A DNA stretch of 64,000 bases, taken from sequence record OP292654.1, one strand, 5' to 3'. The notes under the pieces were generated by a model. That model saw only the letters and a list, made by a program, of their open reading frames with translations, was not told the origin of the DNA and made no database searches. The position numbers and the translations under genes were made by a program. Positions 45,004-55,083 of the stretch are shown here, piece after piece (position 1 is the first letter of the stretch; the number at the start of each line of letters is the position of its first letter).

Positions 45004-45727
45004 TCAATAAAGCCCAACAATGTTGGGCTTTTTATTTTAGAGGATAGTACTATGGAAGATCACAACAAAGATCTATTACCGAATGGCCCGTTACTTAATG
45101 AGGAAGTATCTAAAGCTTTCTCTAAAACTGTACAGGATACATTCAATGCTCTATTTGCGAAGGGATATTCTCGTTCCGAAATAGCAGAGTATCTGTTCAC
45201 TGAAGTAAGTTCTAATGTTGCTCACGCATGTATTAAACTACGTTGTGAGCGTAATCGTAATCTCCGTTCTCCATTTGGTGAGGAATCATAATGCTCCAAA
45301 ACATAATCGACATTTCTAATGTCGTCGCACCTTTTGTTGTGTGCACATTCATTCTGTATATCTGCTGTGGCTGGATACTTGTATTCTTTAAACGTGATAC
45401 CTTAGTATCTAAGTACTTCACCAATGATATTGATATGCGTCTGTCATCAGTACTGTACGTGTTAATGGCAGTCGCTATGCTCGTAGTTCAGATGTGTACT
45501 AAACTTAAACCAGACGAACTAACCCCATTAGGATTTATGTTCTTAATGTGTTTGTGCGGAGTTGGTGGAATAGGTGGGGTTGTGTACATTATCAAAGGTC
45601 TAATCAAGTACCGTAACTCGCTCACTCCACAATAAATCTCAAAAAGGGCTTGCCATGCGGCGAGCCTTTTGCTATTATATCTGTACTGAAACGGAATCCT
45701 CCCTGTAAATTTTAAGAGAGAACTGAT

Positions 45728-46726
45728 ATGAAAGCATTAGCAGATACCATGAACAATGTGAAAGTAAAAGCTCAGTACGTTCTGGATAACACTGAAGCAG
45801 TACGTTCACAGATCAAAATCACCAGCGGAAACTTAATGCTGATCAACATTGCTAAACGCGATGGTTTGAAATGTGACTGTTGTGGTGATGACAAACTGTA
45901 CTTCACCATTCATGAACAAAATGGTTTAGTACTGGTATCTTCTCAGTTGTATAAGAAGAAACCAACTGCCATGACTATGGATCATGATACCCTGAAATCA
46001 CTGGCAGGTCCAGACACTCTGGAAAACCAGCATTTGTTGTGCGAACGCTGTAACAGTACTCGCGGTAATTTGTTCGCGGAGTATTCAGAGTTTAAAGCAT
46101 GGTTCAAAGAACAATTATCATTTGGTCGTAACCCGTACAATGCCGCACGTTCTCTGGTACAAAACTTCTGTTATCTTGATTTCAATAAGAATATTGGATC
46201 AATGAAAGACCTGGAACATTTAGCGAAAGGTTCAGTTTTTCCACCAGCACTTCGTAAATATCTCGTAGAGATGTATATGAAACAAGGTAAGTTCGTTCGC
46301 AATTCAAAAGATTCGCATAACGCATTTAACTACACCAGTGATTTACTGCTGACCCGTTACAACACGGATGCGTGGAATGACCTGATGAATGAACTGGTGG
46401 TACGTATTATCGAACGTGAGCATAAGTTCCGTATCGAGAATCCGAAAGTTAACTTCTCGGTGTACAAGACGTACAACAAAAAGAAAATGTCTGCTGAGGA
46501 TTTCCTGAATCTAATTCATAATAAGATTCAATCATCAGTATTCGAGTTGGGTAAAAACGCTGTTGCTCAACGCCGTGATGCTATCCGTAAGCAGAACATT
46601 GCCAGTACTGAACGTCAGGCAGTAGAGATGCAACAGAAGGTTCAGGAACAACATATGGTTCTGATTCCGGTTGAACTGAACTGGTGGCAGAAGATTGTTA
46701 AAGCGGTCAAAGCAATGATCGCGTAA
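45728..46726 (+). CDS. HNH endonuclease-domain protein (paralog of 39222)
   Basis: CDCCG...TMDHDTLKSLAGPDTLENQHLLCERCN. Confidence 0.7.
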   Translation: MKALADTMNNVKVKAQYVLDNTEAVRSQIKITSGNLMLINIAKRDGLKCDCCGDDKLYFTIHEQNGLVLVSSQLYKKKPTAMTMDHDTLKSLAGPDTLENQHLLCERCNSTRGNLFAEYSEFKAWFKEQLSFGRNPYNAARSLVQNFCYLDFNKNIGSMKDLEHLAKGSVFPPALRKYLVEMYMKQGKFVRNSKDSHNAFNYTSDLLLTRYNTDAWNDLMNELVVRIIEREHKFRIENPKVNFSVYKTYNKKKMSAEDFLNLIHNKIQSSVFELGKNAVAQRRDAIRKQNIASTERQAVEMQQKVQEQHMVLIPVELNWWQKIVKAVKAMIA

Positions 46727-46728
46727 AG

Positions 46729-46755
46729 AAAAGGGAGCCACAGGCTCCCTTTTTT
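46729..46755 (+). terminator. intrinsic terminator
   Basis: AAGGGAGCC-ACA-GGCTCCCTTTTTT. Confidence 0.85.
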
Positions 46756-46821
46756 CGTTTTGGGCTTGACGTAGGCTTACCAGGATGATACAATTATTCC
46801 CGTTAAGTGAGAGAGGTCAAA

Positions 46822-47592
46822 ATGTCTTTACATCGTGAAAAACTGAAATTACGTATCGCAGAAAACTTCGACGCAATGATGGATATGTTAGAATGTATCC
46901 TGAATCCGTTCAACCCTATCAAGTCTATGACTGTAACGGGTGCTAGTGGTATTGGTAAATCATACAATGTCATTAAGCGTTTAGAAGAAGCTCATGATAC
47001 TGGTTTCTGTAACTACTTTTACCTGAATGGTAAATGTACTGGTTTAGGTTTATACCAGGCGTTGTATAATGCTCGTCATATGGGTTCAGTACTGTTACTC
47101 GATGATGTTGACGTATTTGATACAGAAGACAAGCTGAACCTTCTGAAAGCATCACTGGAATCTGATGATAAGCGTATCATCACTTACATGAGTTCTTCTC
47201 AGGTACTTCGTGACGCTGGTATTCCTACTCAGTTCGAGTTCAATGGTAAAGTAGTATTCATTACGAACAAAGATCTGGTTAAGATTTCTAAAGGTCGTAG
47301 TGCTTTAGCTCCACATGTTTGTGCTCTGATGACTCGTGGTGCGTTCATTGATCTGGAAATCCACGACAATGAAAGTGTGATGATTCATATTGAGAATATC
47401 ATGCGTACTACTAACATCGTTAAGAGTCTTGGTGTTGACCAGAAAGGTGCGGATCTTATCCTTGATTTTATGTTGAAAAATTGTGATAAGCTGCGTATGC
47501 CTTCATTGCGTATGCCAGTTCAAATCAGTGGTTTATACAAACAATTTCCCGGTAAATGGGAGAAACACGCAGAGAAAATTTGTTTAGAATGA
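46822..47592 (+). CDS. P-loop NTPase (AAA-like)
   Basis: GASGIGKS Walker A, LLLDDVD Walker B, VFITN; promoter TTGACG-N17-TACAAT at 46766. Confidence 0.8.
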   Translation: MSLHREKLKLRIAENFDAMMDMLECILNPFNPIKSMTVTGASGIGKSYNVIKRLEEAHDTGFCNYFYLNGKCTGLGLYQALYNARHMGSVLLLDDVDVFDTEDKLNLLKASLESDDKRIITYMSSSQVLRDAGIPTQFEFNGKVVFITNKDLVKISKGRSALAPHVCALMTRGAFIDLEIHDNESVMIHIENIMRTTNIVKSLGVDQKGADLILDFMLKNCDKLRMPSLRMPVQISGLYKQFPGKWEKHAEKICLE

Positions 47593-48188
47593 AAATAAAC
47601 AATTTAGATGAATCAGTTACCTACCGTGACGAACACGGTAGGAAACATAATTTTGATTGGTATAATTCATGGAATGCTATGCATTCTAGAACTGAAGAAG
47701 TGTATCAATCAAAGTTTCCAACATACATTGGTTGTACTGTTTGTGAAGAATGGAACTTACTTTCTAATTATAAAAAGTTCTATGAAGATAATTATAGTAC
47801 TGGATATGTTTTAGATAAAGATTTATTAGTATTTGGTAATAAAGTATATTCACCTGATACCTGTGTATTTGTTCCTGAATATGTTAATGCGGTAATTAGT
47901 TTAAAACACAATAATACATTAATGAAAGGTGTTTATTTTGTATCTAATAAAAATATATATCATTCACGTGGGTATTTAAATGGTAAACGCATAAGCTTAG
48001 GTTATTACAAAACTGAATTAGAAGCACATCAAGCATGGCAGAAACACAAAATTATGTCAATCCATAATGTAATTGAAAAATATAAGTGCGAAGAAAAACC
48101 CTTAGAATCAGTTATAACCGCTTTACAATTGCGTATCAATATGATACAGTCCAATCTTGACAATAATACATCAACTGATAGGATTTGA
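47589..48188 (+). CDS. HNH-type homing endonuclease
   Basis: W..MHSR...YIGCTVCEEW...LDKDLLVFGNKVYSPDTCVFVP. Confidence 0.8.
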   Translation: MKINNLDESVTYRDEHGRKHNFDWYNSWNAMHSRTEEVYQSKFPTYIGCTVCEEWNLLSNYKKFYEDNYSTGYVLDKDLLVFGNKVYSPDTCVFVPEYVNAVISLKHNNTLMKGVYFVSNKNIYHSRGYLNGKRISLGYYKTELEAHQAWQKHKIMSIHNVIEKYKCEEKPLESVITALQLRINMIQSNLDNNTSTDRI

Positions 48189-48523
48189 TTATGGAAATCT
48201 ATGGTTTAATTGTGACACATTTGTGGTTGGTATCGTTGGTAGTACTGTACATTGGTTACTTGACCTATGCAGATTATTATGATAAGTTCTCAGATGAATT
48301 CATGATGGATTACAAAATTCTTTCATTAGTAACAACTGTAATATCCTTTGTGATATTCGCTGCTGCTTTACCAGATGCTGCTAAAAAAGTAAGTCCCTGG
48401 GAAATGTACGTTGGCATTAGTTGCCTATGTTCATGGATACTATCAATCGGCACTGTAGTACTGTTCGTTCGTCATTCTGGTGGCATTCGTCAGTACTTCG
48501 GACGTAAACGCAATAAGGTGTAA
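48185..48523 (+). CDS. membrane protein, ADYY..KRG paralog array #1
   Basis: YLTYADYYDKF; three TM helices; YFGRKR. Confidence 0.7.
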   Translation: MIMEIYGLIVTHLWLVSLVVLYIGYLTYADYYDKFSDEFMMDYKILSLVTTVISFVIFAAALPDAAKKVSPWEMYVGISCLCSWILSIGTVVLFVRHSGGIRQYFGRKRNKV

Positions 48524-48525
48524 CT

Positions 48526-48864
48526 ATGTATGATCTGTTAGCTCCACTCAATTTCATTTTGTGGATTGGAATCACCATAATTTATTTTGTCGGGAACTTG
48601 ACATACGCCGACTATTATACTAAACTGTCTGCCGATACACGTCAAGTGTTCAACATGATAATTGGTATTCAAGCTGGATGCTTTCTGGCTAACTTTACGT
48701 TAGTTGCCTTAGTCGAACAAAGCATTTACAAAGGCTTTCGTTATGGCTTAGGATGGTGTACTGGTTTATCCTTATTCATATACGCAATAGGTATTGGATT
48801 CGGTTTATATTATGGTTTTAAAGAACTGAAACAGTACTTTGGTAAAAAGCGGGGTAAACTATAA
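48526..48864 (+). CDS. membrane protein, paralog array #2
   Basis: NLTYADYYTKL; YFGKKRGKL. Confidence 0.7.
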   Translation: MYDLLAPLNFILWIGITIIYFVGNLTYADYYTKLSADTRQVFNMIIGIQAGCFLANFTLVALVEQSIYKGFRYGLGWCTGLSLFIYAIGIGFGLYYGFKELKQYFGKKRGKL

Positions 48865-49202
48865 TGTTTATTGAAATCTGTGTCGCTTTATCTTATTCAG
48901 TACTAGCATTCTTGATGGTAGTCTTTATTGGTTACTGGACAGGAGCTAACTACTTCTTTAAGCTGAATAAAGATTTCATACAATTTCTTTCAGCTTTTAA
49001 TGCTGTAGCTTGGTTTTTCTTTTTATTTGTTCGTGGTCTAGCTGCGATTGCACAAACACGGTCAGAAGAGTTTACATATAACCTTTCATATGGTATTGTA
49101 GGTGTTGTAAACATGGTATTGATTGGATTGTTCATAGCTGCTAATCTGTTTGAATGGTTCGAAATCTCACGTAAGTACTTCTGGTCTAAACGTGGTCGTT
49201 AA
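48864..49202 (+). CDS. membrane protein, paralog array #3
   Basis: YWTGANYFFKL; YFWSKRGR. Confidence 0.7.
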   Translation: MFIEICVALSYSVLAFLMVVFIGYWTGANYFFKLNKDFIQFLSAFNAVAWFFFLFVRGLAAIAQTRSEEFTYNLSYGIVGVVNMVLIGLFIAANLFEWFEISRKYFWSKRGR

Positions 49203-49222
49203 ACTTTAACTTCGTAAGGGTA

Positions 49223-50011
49223 GTGAAAATGATTAAACTTCAAATTGAAGACGCAACACTCGTAACTCTGGATAAAGCATTACTGCCACACGTACAATGG
49301 AAATCCATTCGTATCTGTGATCTGGAAGGTGTAGACACTGAAGTACTGAACACGTATCTGTTCAAAATGTCTAAGCCGATCATCAAATCACTGATCAAAA
49401 ACAATCGTGTGAATCCAACCAACCTCAGTGCTGAACAGTGGGTTGAGATCCTGGAAGTCGCATACTATCAGGATGGCTGGGATGTACTGGCAAACGTACA
49501 AATGCCGTACAGCGTTATTCGTGAAATCCTGGATAACAACCGTTTGGCTCGTCGTTTTGGATCACAAATCGCCCGTTCACAAGATGCGATTCCAGTTGCT
49601 GAAGCACTGAAACTTCTGGAATGGCGTGAATTCAACGATATTCTGATCAGTTCTCGCAATCCGGCGATCCGCCACTTCATGTTTACTGATGAAGGGTTAG
49701 CGATCCTGAAGTCACGCAGCGATAACATTATTCGCAATCTGCGTTACCTGACTACCGAAGAATTTGCTAAGGTAGGTCGCCAGTTCAGGAACCGTAGTAT
49801 CAGCGTTCGTGCGTTGAACCGTGCTGGTGCGTGTGATGCTGGTCAGCGTTACTGTCGCGATGTGCTGACTGAATTGAACCGCACTTCCATTACCTGGAAC
49901 GAAGCAGTTCATGAAATCCGCACGAATCCGGCTCTGCGTAAACGTACCCATCTGCTCCACTACATGGACTGGATCTACGAACGCAGCGAATACCTGGAAG
50001 AAGCAAAATAA
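49223..50011 (+). CDS. helical-repeat protein, CxxG paralog family
   Basis: LNRAGACDAGQRY...ITWNEAV. Confidence 0.75.
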   Translation: MKMIKLQIEDATLVTLDKALLPHVQWKSIRICDLEGVDTEVLNTYLFKMSKPIIKSLIKNNRVNPTNLSAEQWVEILEVAYYQDGWDVLANVQMPYSVIREILDNNRLARRFGSQIARSQDAIPVAEALKLLEWREFNDILISSRNPAIRHFMFTDEGLAILKSRSDNIIRNLRYLTTEEFAKVGRQFRNRSISVRALNRAGACDAGQRYCRDVLTELNRTSITWNEAVHEIRTNPALRKRTHLLHYMDWIYERSEYLEEAK

Positions 50012-50059
50012 AATCTAATGAACTCCCTTCGGGGAGTTCTTTATTAACTGGACTTAAAC

Positions 50060-50398
50060 ATGACAAACATATTTGAAGTACTAGAACTAATTTGTTTATT
50101 CCTGAACATCGCATCACTTGTAGTACTTGGTATTGGTTGGTTAACATGTGCTGACTATTACTTTAAAGTGGTAGATATTAATGATGGACTACCAGCATTC
50201 ATGCATGTGTTGTTTGGTGTTTCGTTAAGTTTCGCCACAATAGTAGTTGGTTCGTCATTCAATGGGATTGGTAAAGCTCCATACGTAAATCTCGGATACT
50301 TTTGTATTTGGATATTAATCGGAGTATCAATATTCGGTTATGATAAAATATCCAATCTCCGTAAGTACTTCGCAACTAAACGAGGTCGTCGCATATGA
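50060..50398 (+). CDS. membrane protein, paralog array #4
   Basis: WLTCADYYFKV; YFATKRGRR. Confidence 0.7.
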   Translation: MTNIFEVLELICLFLNIASLVVLGIGWLTCADYYFKVVDINDGLPAFMHVLFGVSLSFATIVVGSSFNGIGKAPYVNLGYFCIWILIGVSIFGYDKISNLRKYFATKRGRRI

Positions 50399-50739
50399 TC
50401 AGTAATATCTGGTTATTCGTAGAACCATACATCTATGTTCCTTCAGCCATCTATGTAGTACTGACACTGTTAGTATACATGATGTGGCTTTTCGGTACTG
50501 ACTGGTATGATCGTTTCAAAAAGTTATGGTGGAACTCACTTGACTTTATGAAAGTGTACTTCTGGTGGGCATTAGTAGTCAATGCCATTGGATTTATCTT
50601 CACTGAACATGTCATCTATGGTTGGGCAGCCTTTAACTTCTGGTGTTCACTTGTACTGATACTATATGGTATTCGGTTAGTTCATCACCTTCTACATTCA
50701 TTCAACGCCTGGTGCTTAGTAAAGCGGGGTAAACTATAA
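50395..50739 (+). CDS. membrane protein, paralog array #5
   Basis: WLFGTDWYDRF; WCLVKRGKL. Confidence 0.7.
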   Translation: MISNIWLFVEPYIYVPSAIYVVLTLLVYMMWLFGTDWYDRFKKLWWNSLDFMKVYFWWALVVNAIGFIFTEHVIYGWAAFNFWCSLVLILYGIRLVHHLLHSFNAWCLVKRGKL

Positions 50740-51089
50740 TGTATAATTTCTTTCTGACATATGGGGCAGTGCCATCATATATCATCATGGGTATGGCAGT
50801 AATAGTATTAGTACTGTGGACTCTAGGAACTGATCTCTATGACTTCTTAGAAGAAACATTTTTCGATACAGATGATGCTGTCGGTACTTGTATTCTTCAT
50901 GTAGTACTGTCAGTTATTTTCACTATACCATTTGTTTTATGGGGTGCTGAAGCTCCACCAGTTGCGTTCTTCTATGCTATCTGGACAGGTTGGCTATGTT
51001 TAGTAGTACTGGTAGTCAGTGTAATAATCTTTCTTTCTATCCTTTCCTGTATTCGGGATTGGTGCTTATCTAAACGAGGTAAAAAGTAA
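50739..51089 (+). CDS. membrane protein, paralog array #6
   Basis: WTLGTDLYDFL; WCLSKRGKK. Confidence 0.7.
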   Translation: MYNFFLTYGAVPSYIIMGMAVIVLVLWTLGTDLYDFLEETFFDTDDAVGTCILHVVLSVIFTIPFVLWGAEAPPVAFFYAIWTGWLCLVVLVVSVIIFLSILSCIRDWCLSKRGKK

Positions 51090-51487
51090 TGTTCAATCCT
51101 ATTCTTGAAAACATCGCCAGTGTATATCAGTGGTTCTGGATTGGTGTATTTGTTTTGTTCGTTGTTGATTGGTCATTCGGGTTTGATAAAGTCAGTGACG
51201 CAATGAATAAACTTTTTGATTTCTATGGTCGTTATGTACCAATTGAATCATCTGGTCCATTGGTATTACTAACTGTAGTTGGTTGCTTCTGTAAATTAAT
51301 GACTATTCCATTCGATCCCGTATTCTTTGGCCTAATGGCTAATCTATTCGGTATTCTGGTTATCGCATTCATCGTGTTTATGTCAGTATTCGCAGTACTG
51401 TATAAGGGGCTAACTACCCTGCGTAAGACTAGCATAGCACGGCGGGAAGAAAAAGCCCGTAAAAAGTCCTTGACGGACTCCGAGTGA
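51089..51487 (+). CDS. membrane protein, paralog array #7 (divergent)
   Basis: WSFGFD; three TM helices; basic C-terminus. Confidence 0.65.
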   Translation: MFNPILENIASVYQWFWIGVFVLFVVDWSFGFDKVSDAMNKLFDFYGRYVPIESSGPLVLLTVVGCFCKLMTIPFDPVFFGLMANLFGILVIAFIVFMSVFAVLYKGLTTLRKTSIARREEKARKKSLTDSE

Positions 51488-51529
51488 TCCCGTATACTAC
51501 GTATATCAACTGAACGAGAGGAAATAAAG

Positions 51530-51853
51530 ATGGACGAGAACAGCAAAGATGTAGTAGTACTGGTAGGTAAGCGTGTACTGAAAGAAGCGAAGGCTGAGTT
51601 TTCTCAGTTCACTGAATGCTCTCCAGTGTACATCGCACTCGCACTGAGCGGCCTGCTGTGGGCTTCCTGGATTGGCATCTTCCTGCTGATCATCGTGTAC
51701 TTCGGATACCTGGCGTATCAGGAATACAAAGCCGTAGAACTCGAAATTCTGTTCGATGTTGAATCGGCAAAACGCGATGAATCTCCAGTTGAATCTGCTC
51801 CGGTTCAGCCGTCTGAAACTGCTGAAGAAGTTAAACCAACTGATAAGCAGTAA
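51530..51853 (+). CDS. membrane protein
   Basis: GAGG RBS; promoter TTGACG-N17-TATACT at 51470. Confidence 0.7.
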   Translation: MDENSKDVVVLVGKRVLKEAKAEFSQFTECSPVYIALALSGLLWASWIGIFLLIIVYFGYLAYQEYKAVELEILFDVESAKRDESPVESAPVQPSETAEEVKPTDKQ

Positions 51854-52071
51854 CATCTATCCCCGTACAATGTACGGGGATCTTTTAATTAAGAGAGGTA
51901 CACAATGAATAAATCTGAAATGGATCGCATGGTACTTCAAACACTAACTTTAGCGATGGCTGGTACTGCTCAAGTACTGCGACCATCACCACGCGAGTAT
52001 TACGCTAATGAGCGTGGTAAAGTTGGTTCAAACCGTCCTAAAAAGAAAAAGAAATTCGGGAAGAAAAAGAA

Positions 52072-52737
52072 ATGAAACGTACTAAAGTAATGAACTATGA
52101 TCGTTTTCGCAAAGTACGCACCTTCTGGAAATATAGTGCTATCTTCCTTGCGGTAGGTGGTTCTATGTTTATTGCTGGATGCGACGATTCAGAAAACGTG
52201 TCTGTGTACAAAACAATCCAGGACTGCGAAAGTTCTGCCGCAAACCAGGCAGCTAAAGATCGCTGTGCTCTGGATTACCAAAACGCATTAGCACAAAACG
52301 CAAAAGTCGCACCTAAGTATTCTTCGCAGAAAGATTGTGAAGATGAATTCGGTATAGGACAATGTAACGTACAGCAAAGTACTGCTAATAATGTCAGTAC
52401 TTCTAATGGTTCCCATAGTTCCTTTATGTGGTTCCCGTTAATGTCCGGTTATAGTTCTTCACATGCGAACTATCCGAGTCAACCACTGTACAGTTCACGG
52501 AGCTATAACTCTCCGATGTATGGTAAGTTCGTAGATAGTAAAGGTACTTCATTCGGTTCCTTTACTTCTAAAGGTACTGCTAGTGTTCCTAAAAGTTCAC
52601 TCGCACCTAAAGCAGCAACTACTACCACAACAACACGTGGTGGATTTGGTGGCACTGTAAGTAAAATGAGTTCATCATCGCATAGCTCAAGTTCTTTCAG
52701 TTCTCATTCTTCTGGTTCACGTAGCTTTGGTGGATAA
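52072..52737 (+). CDS. ygiB: YgiB/DUF1190-family lipoprotein
   Basis: MKRTK...AGC lipobox, VSVY...DC...APKY.S..DC..EFG.GQC, FMWFPLMSGY, APK.ATTTTTTRGGFG, SRSFGG resemble E. coli YgiB. Confidence 0.88.
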   Translation: MKRTKVMNYDRFRKVRTFWKYSAIFLAVGGSMFIAGCDDSENVSVYKTIQDCESSAANQAAKDRCALDYQNALAQNAKVAPKYSSQKDCEDEFGIGQCNVQQSTANNVSTSNGSHSSFMWFPLMSGYSSSHANYPSQPLYSSRSYNSPMYGKFVDSKGTSFGSFTSKGTASVPKSSLAPKAATTTTTTRGGFGGTVSKMSSSSHSSSSFSSHSSGSRSFGG

Positions 52738-53254
52738 AATGAAAATGAATATCATCAGTACTAATAAGTTTCCAGAACGTGTACGTACTACATTCTATAT
52801 CAGTAAAGATAATGATGCTAGTACTGTTCTGTTCGATACAATGGGCGGTTATCGCTTTGTAAGCCTCAGCGAACGCGACCGTGAATGGCAAGATCCTTTG
52901 TCGTTCAATACCATTGAAGAAGCACAATCTAAGCTCAAAGAACTTCATGATGAAAATAAAGAAATCACATTGAAGTATAAGCTACAGATTGTAAAAATTA
53001 CTCATACTGAAACAATTAAGCATGAGTTCTATCAGACGTACCGCACTACCTCTCAACATAAAGATATTCGAATGATTAATTTATTTGAGCCATTCGAAAA
53101 GTTTTATGCTGGTAACAGTACTGGATATACTGAAGGGCAGTTGATTGGCCTTCGTCGTAATGAGTACGGTGAAGTTGGCTATAATGACTCGATGATTAAC
53201 GCTGCTTTTAAACGTTATGTTGAGTTGGTTGAATCTCTGCCATCTGTCCAATAA
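52727..53254 (+). CDS. hypothetical protein
   Basis: overlaps the ygiB stop. Confidence 0.65.
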   Translation: MVDKMKMNIISTNKFPERVRTTFYISKDNDASTVLFDTMGGYRFVSLSERDREWQDPLSFNTIEEAQSKLKELHDENKEITLKYKLQIVKITHTETIKHEFYQTYRTTSQHKDIRMINLFEPFEKFYAGNSTGYTEGQLIGLRRNEYGEVGYNDSMINAAFKRYVELVESLPSVQ

Positions 53255-53255
53255 C

Positions 53256-53285
53256 AAAAAAAACCCGCCTTGAGCGGGTTTTTTT
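53256..53285. terminator. bidirectional terminator
   Basis: A-tract-CCCGC-CTTGA-GCGGG-T-tract between convergent operons. Confidence 0.9.
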
Positions 53286-53292
53286 ATTTGCA

Positions 53293-54438
53293 TTATTCCG
53301 GTAATGATAGTGGAACAAAAGTTGTTTGTGTTGTCGTATAATCTGGAAAATAGTTACTATTACCAGATACATACATAGTCCTTCCATCATTCTTTAATAT
53401 GAATGAACAATAACCAGTAATTTCAAGTGATTCGATTTCCGATACCTGAATACCTGAAGGTAATGTCATTTTAGTATATGAACCTACATTACTTGTACTA
53501 CCAATAGATAACTGACCAGAATCATTTCTACCAGTAACATAAATTCCAGTTCCAGTTCTGAACCATGTATTCCATGCTTTAGTACTATTAATTGTAGTAT
53601 CTGTAATAGCACTTGGTAGACCATTGTTTAATGATGTATAAGCATTGACAACAGCACTTGTGCTTGTAGTATGCCCATTACCAATAGCACCATAAGCATC
53701 GTCACCAGTACTGAATACAGAACCACTCGATGAAACATATGATGATGTATACCTACCTGTAAAAATAGTATTCGGCACTATACCAGAACTAATCCACGAT
53801 GTACTGGCTGGGTTTGAGCCATATCCTATTTGACCATATTGGTTCCATCCTGCTCTATATAATATTCCAGTACTTAGATCTATAGCAAGGGAAAATACAA
53901 TACCTAAGCAAAAATCTTTTGTGTTAGTTCTGGAAACAATAAAAGATGATTGACTAACAGTGCTACCAGTACCAATGTTCCCTTGACTGTTATAACCCAT
54001 TTGATATAATGTGTTATTAGTACAAAGAACTCCAATAGCAGTACCAGCGATTTGAATCTTTTTAATGGTAAGACTGTTATTAGCAAAGTAATTCATTGCT
54101 GTTAAATTTGTCCAGGTATTAACATATACTGGATCAGAATCAGTTGTTCCTGATAGTCTTTGGTTCCCTGCATATTGCCATGTTCCAGAATTTAATTTAA
54201 CTAAACAACATTCTGAACCAGCATAAAAATCAGCAACATTAGTATTACATAGTTGCCATGTTTTGTATACCGCATTAACTGTGCCTACACCAAATTGTTT
54301 ATATGTATTATGACCAATGGCATATAAATTTCCTGAAGCGAATAAGACAAATAATGATTCAGTGGTTGCTTGTATCTTCACTATAGATCTAGGAAGAATT
54401 GTATTTCCATATTGTACTAATTGTGGAAATGGTAACAT
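53293..54438 (-). CDS. MLPFP-array protein, RCC1/BLIP-II-like beta-propeller
   Basis: repeated Y..G.N..GQ.G motifs. Confidence 0.75.
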   Translation of the reverse strand: MLPFPQLVQYGNTILPRSIVKIQATTESLFVLFASGNLYAIGHNTYKQFGVGTVNAVYKTWQLCNTNVADFYAGSECCLVKLNSGTWQYAGNQRLSGTTDSDPVYVNTWTNLTAMNYFANNSLTIKKIQIAGTAIGVLCTNNTLYQMGYNSQGNIGTGSTVSQSSFIVSRTNTKDFCLGIVFSLAIDLSTGILYRAGWNQYGQIGYGSNPASTSWISSGIVPNTIFTGRYTSSYVSSSGSVFSTGDDAYGAIGNGHTTSTSAVVNAYTSLNNGLPSAITDTTINSTKAWNTWFRTGTGIYVTGRNDSGQLSIGSTSNVGSYTKMTLPSGIQVSEIESLEITGYCSFILKNDGRTMYVSGNSNYFPDYTTTQTTFVPLSLPE

Positions 54439-54447
54439 TTTATCTCC

Positions 54448-55074
54448 TTATGATGACATTGTTATGTTGAAGCTATCTATAATACCATTAAAAGGATAAG
54501 CATTATCAGTACTGTCACCTACAGTAAATGGATTTGATTGATTCATAAAACCTAATGTCATAGTTAATGTACCAATCAATACTCCATCAACTTCACATGT
54601 CAAATTAGTACCTAATCGCTGTAATTTAATGTGATGCCATGTGTTAGGTGAAATAGTTGCTTGATTTGTGAAATGAAAACGTTGAACTGAACCAGTGGTA
54701 CTAAATCCATCCAAAGCGACTACAGAGTTATCCTGGAATGTATTATTGATAACCATCCACCATGAACCTGTACCATTATTTTGAAGATTACCACATAAAA
54801 TACGTGTACCAGTACTGCTTAACTTAATGTAAGTCTCTATAATAAAATTAGTACTATTACCAATTTGCCATATAGATGGAATACCGCTTGAGCCAACTTG
54901 TATTTTTGCTGAGGTTGGTTTAAATTGAATGGCATTATATGATTCAGTGTAAAAATCTGTTGGAGTTTTATTAATATTTGATTCAATTAATGTTCCACCA
55001 GTTTTTAATAGTGTAATAATAGTATTTTCTGACGGAACTATTGTTGTTTTAGATATAATCGGAAAAGGTAACAT
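54448..55074 (-). CDS. MLPFP-array protein, LamG/concanavalin-like
   Basis: NTWHHIKLQR...FNGIIDSFNI. Confidence 0.75.
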   Translation of the reverse strand: MLPFPIISKTTIVPSENTIITLLKTGGTLIESNINKTPTDFYTESYNAIQFKPTSAKIQVGSSGIPSIWQIGNSTNFIIETYIKLSSTGTRILCGNLQNNGTGSWWMVINNTFQDNSVVALDGFSTTGSVQRFHFTNQATISPNTWHHIKLQRLGTNLTCEVDGVLIGTLTMTLGFMNQSNPFTVGDSTDNAYPFNGIIDSFNITMSS

Positions 55075-55083
55075 ATTAAATCC

